From the NCBI GenBank assembly GCA_024137785.1, contig JAHRHZ010000047.1, positions 2,635,336-2,699,335 on the forward strand: DNA of 64,000 nt. Reading direction: 5' to 3'. The notes under the pieces are model-generated. The model made no database searches. It was not told the origin of the DNA and saw nothing but the letters and a program-made list of their open reading frames with translations. The translations under genes were made by a program, and so were the position numbers. The stretch's first letter is position 1. Each line of letters starts with the position of its first letter. This document shows, in pieces, positions 63,171 through 64,000 of the stretch. Source of the DNA: Ginglymostoma cirratum. Taxonomy: Eukaryota.

Positions 63171-64000
63171 TTGTCTAATATGTGAAACCTAGTCCTTGAT
63201 GTATTTGGAAGGCAAGACTATGAATAAAAAAAAGTTAGTGAAACAAAATAGATTGGCTAAAGAAATTCACCTTGCCATTTTCTTTGAAGAACCAAAAATT
63301 AATTCGGACAGTACACAACACACGTTTTATATTTGTAATTTTGGGGCAGCAGCAACAGTTGTTCCAGAGGGCTAAGAACAGAGAGGCCCCTTTAATTTCC
63401 CACTTCTTAAAAAAAAAAAAAGTGGCCTATCTAGCTGAGTTTTGAGGCCCAATTCCTGTCCTGAAAAGCTCAGTAAAAAGGTGGGCTATTTTCAAATTTA
63501 AAATCTAAACAGTTCCCACTACTTAACTTTCACATCTCCCTCTTCCTCATCCCACTCTCTCAGCTCTGGGATCATGGCAGTTTTTAAGCTTCAAATGGAG
63601 TCACAACAGGAAGCACTCTATACAACACTATAACCTGGTCTTCACAACACTTTGATCTACCAGAGGTCTCAGGGGCTGGAGGATTCCAGATGAAAGCTCA
63701 GATTAAGGAAACACTTCCAAGGTTTGGAGAAGACCTGGCAGAGTTCATGAAATCTGGAAGAGATTGCAAGATCTGGAGGGGTCTTTAGAGGAACCCAGGA
63801 TTTGAAGGAGACCTGTAGGACAGGAAGCATTAGGGTGGAAGATACATAAATACACAATGCTGGGAACTGGATCTTGCAAAGAAGGAAAACTCAGGCCCTG
63901 GAGCAATTGCTACATTGCTTATTGGACACATACATTAAAAATCTGCTTAGAACAAAGTTAATTGAATCTGACATTATACCAGACTAAAGGGCAAGGCCAG

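Noticed and set aside
61416-64000. Penultimate NNT exon (GANDTVN...GMPVLEVW)
   Set aside because: Not found on the minus strand within the window; the intron extends beyond 64000.

Overview
Eukaryotic, intron-rich, repeat-dense DNA. The HE1/V-SINE, CR1 and Penelope repeats point to a cartilaginous fish (shark). Three host genes were read by manual splicing and recognised from remembered human proteins, with no database search. FAM227B (- strand) has 7 coding exons between 38806 and 740, one bridging exon unresolved, and continues off the left edge. DTWD1 (+ strand) has a complete 4-exon CDS, 44377-48448, 317 aa, head-to-head with FAM227B across a CpG-rich promoter at about 40.5-41.1 kb. The last coding exon of an NNT-like gene (- strand, 61269-61415) is probably the nnt2 ohnolog. 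The rest is mostly retroelements: CR1 fragments, V-SINEs, Penelope-like elements with hammerhead-like cores and hairpins, a Gypsy relic, a solo LTR and a nested insertion stack. The most unusual signal is an ORF1-less APE-RT LINE family whose 5' end is a tRNA-like Pol III promoter (A and B boxes). Its sense strand is nearly free of T-runs (0 TTTT and 3 TTT in about 3 kb by manual count), and short head-plus-tail SINE-like derivatives occur in the same window. This suggests a protein-coding retrotransposon adapted to Pol III transcription (inference, untested).
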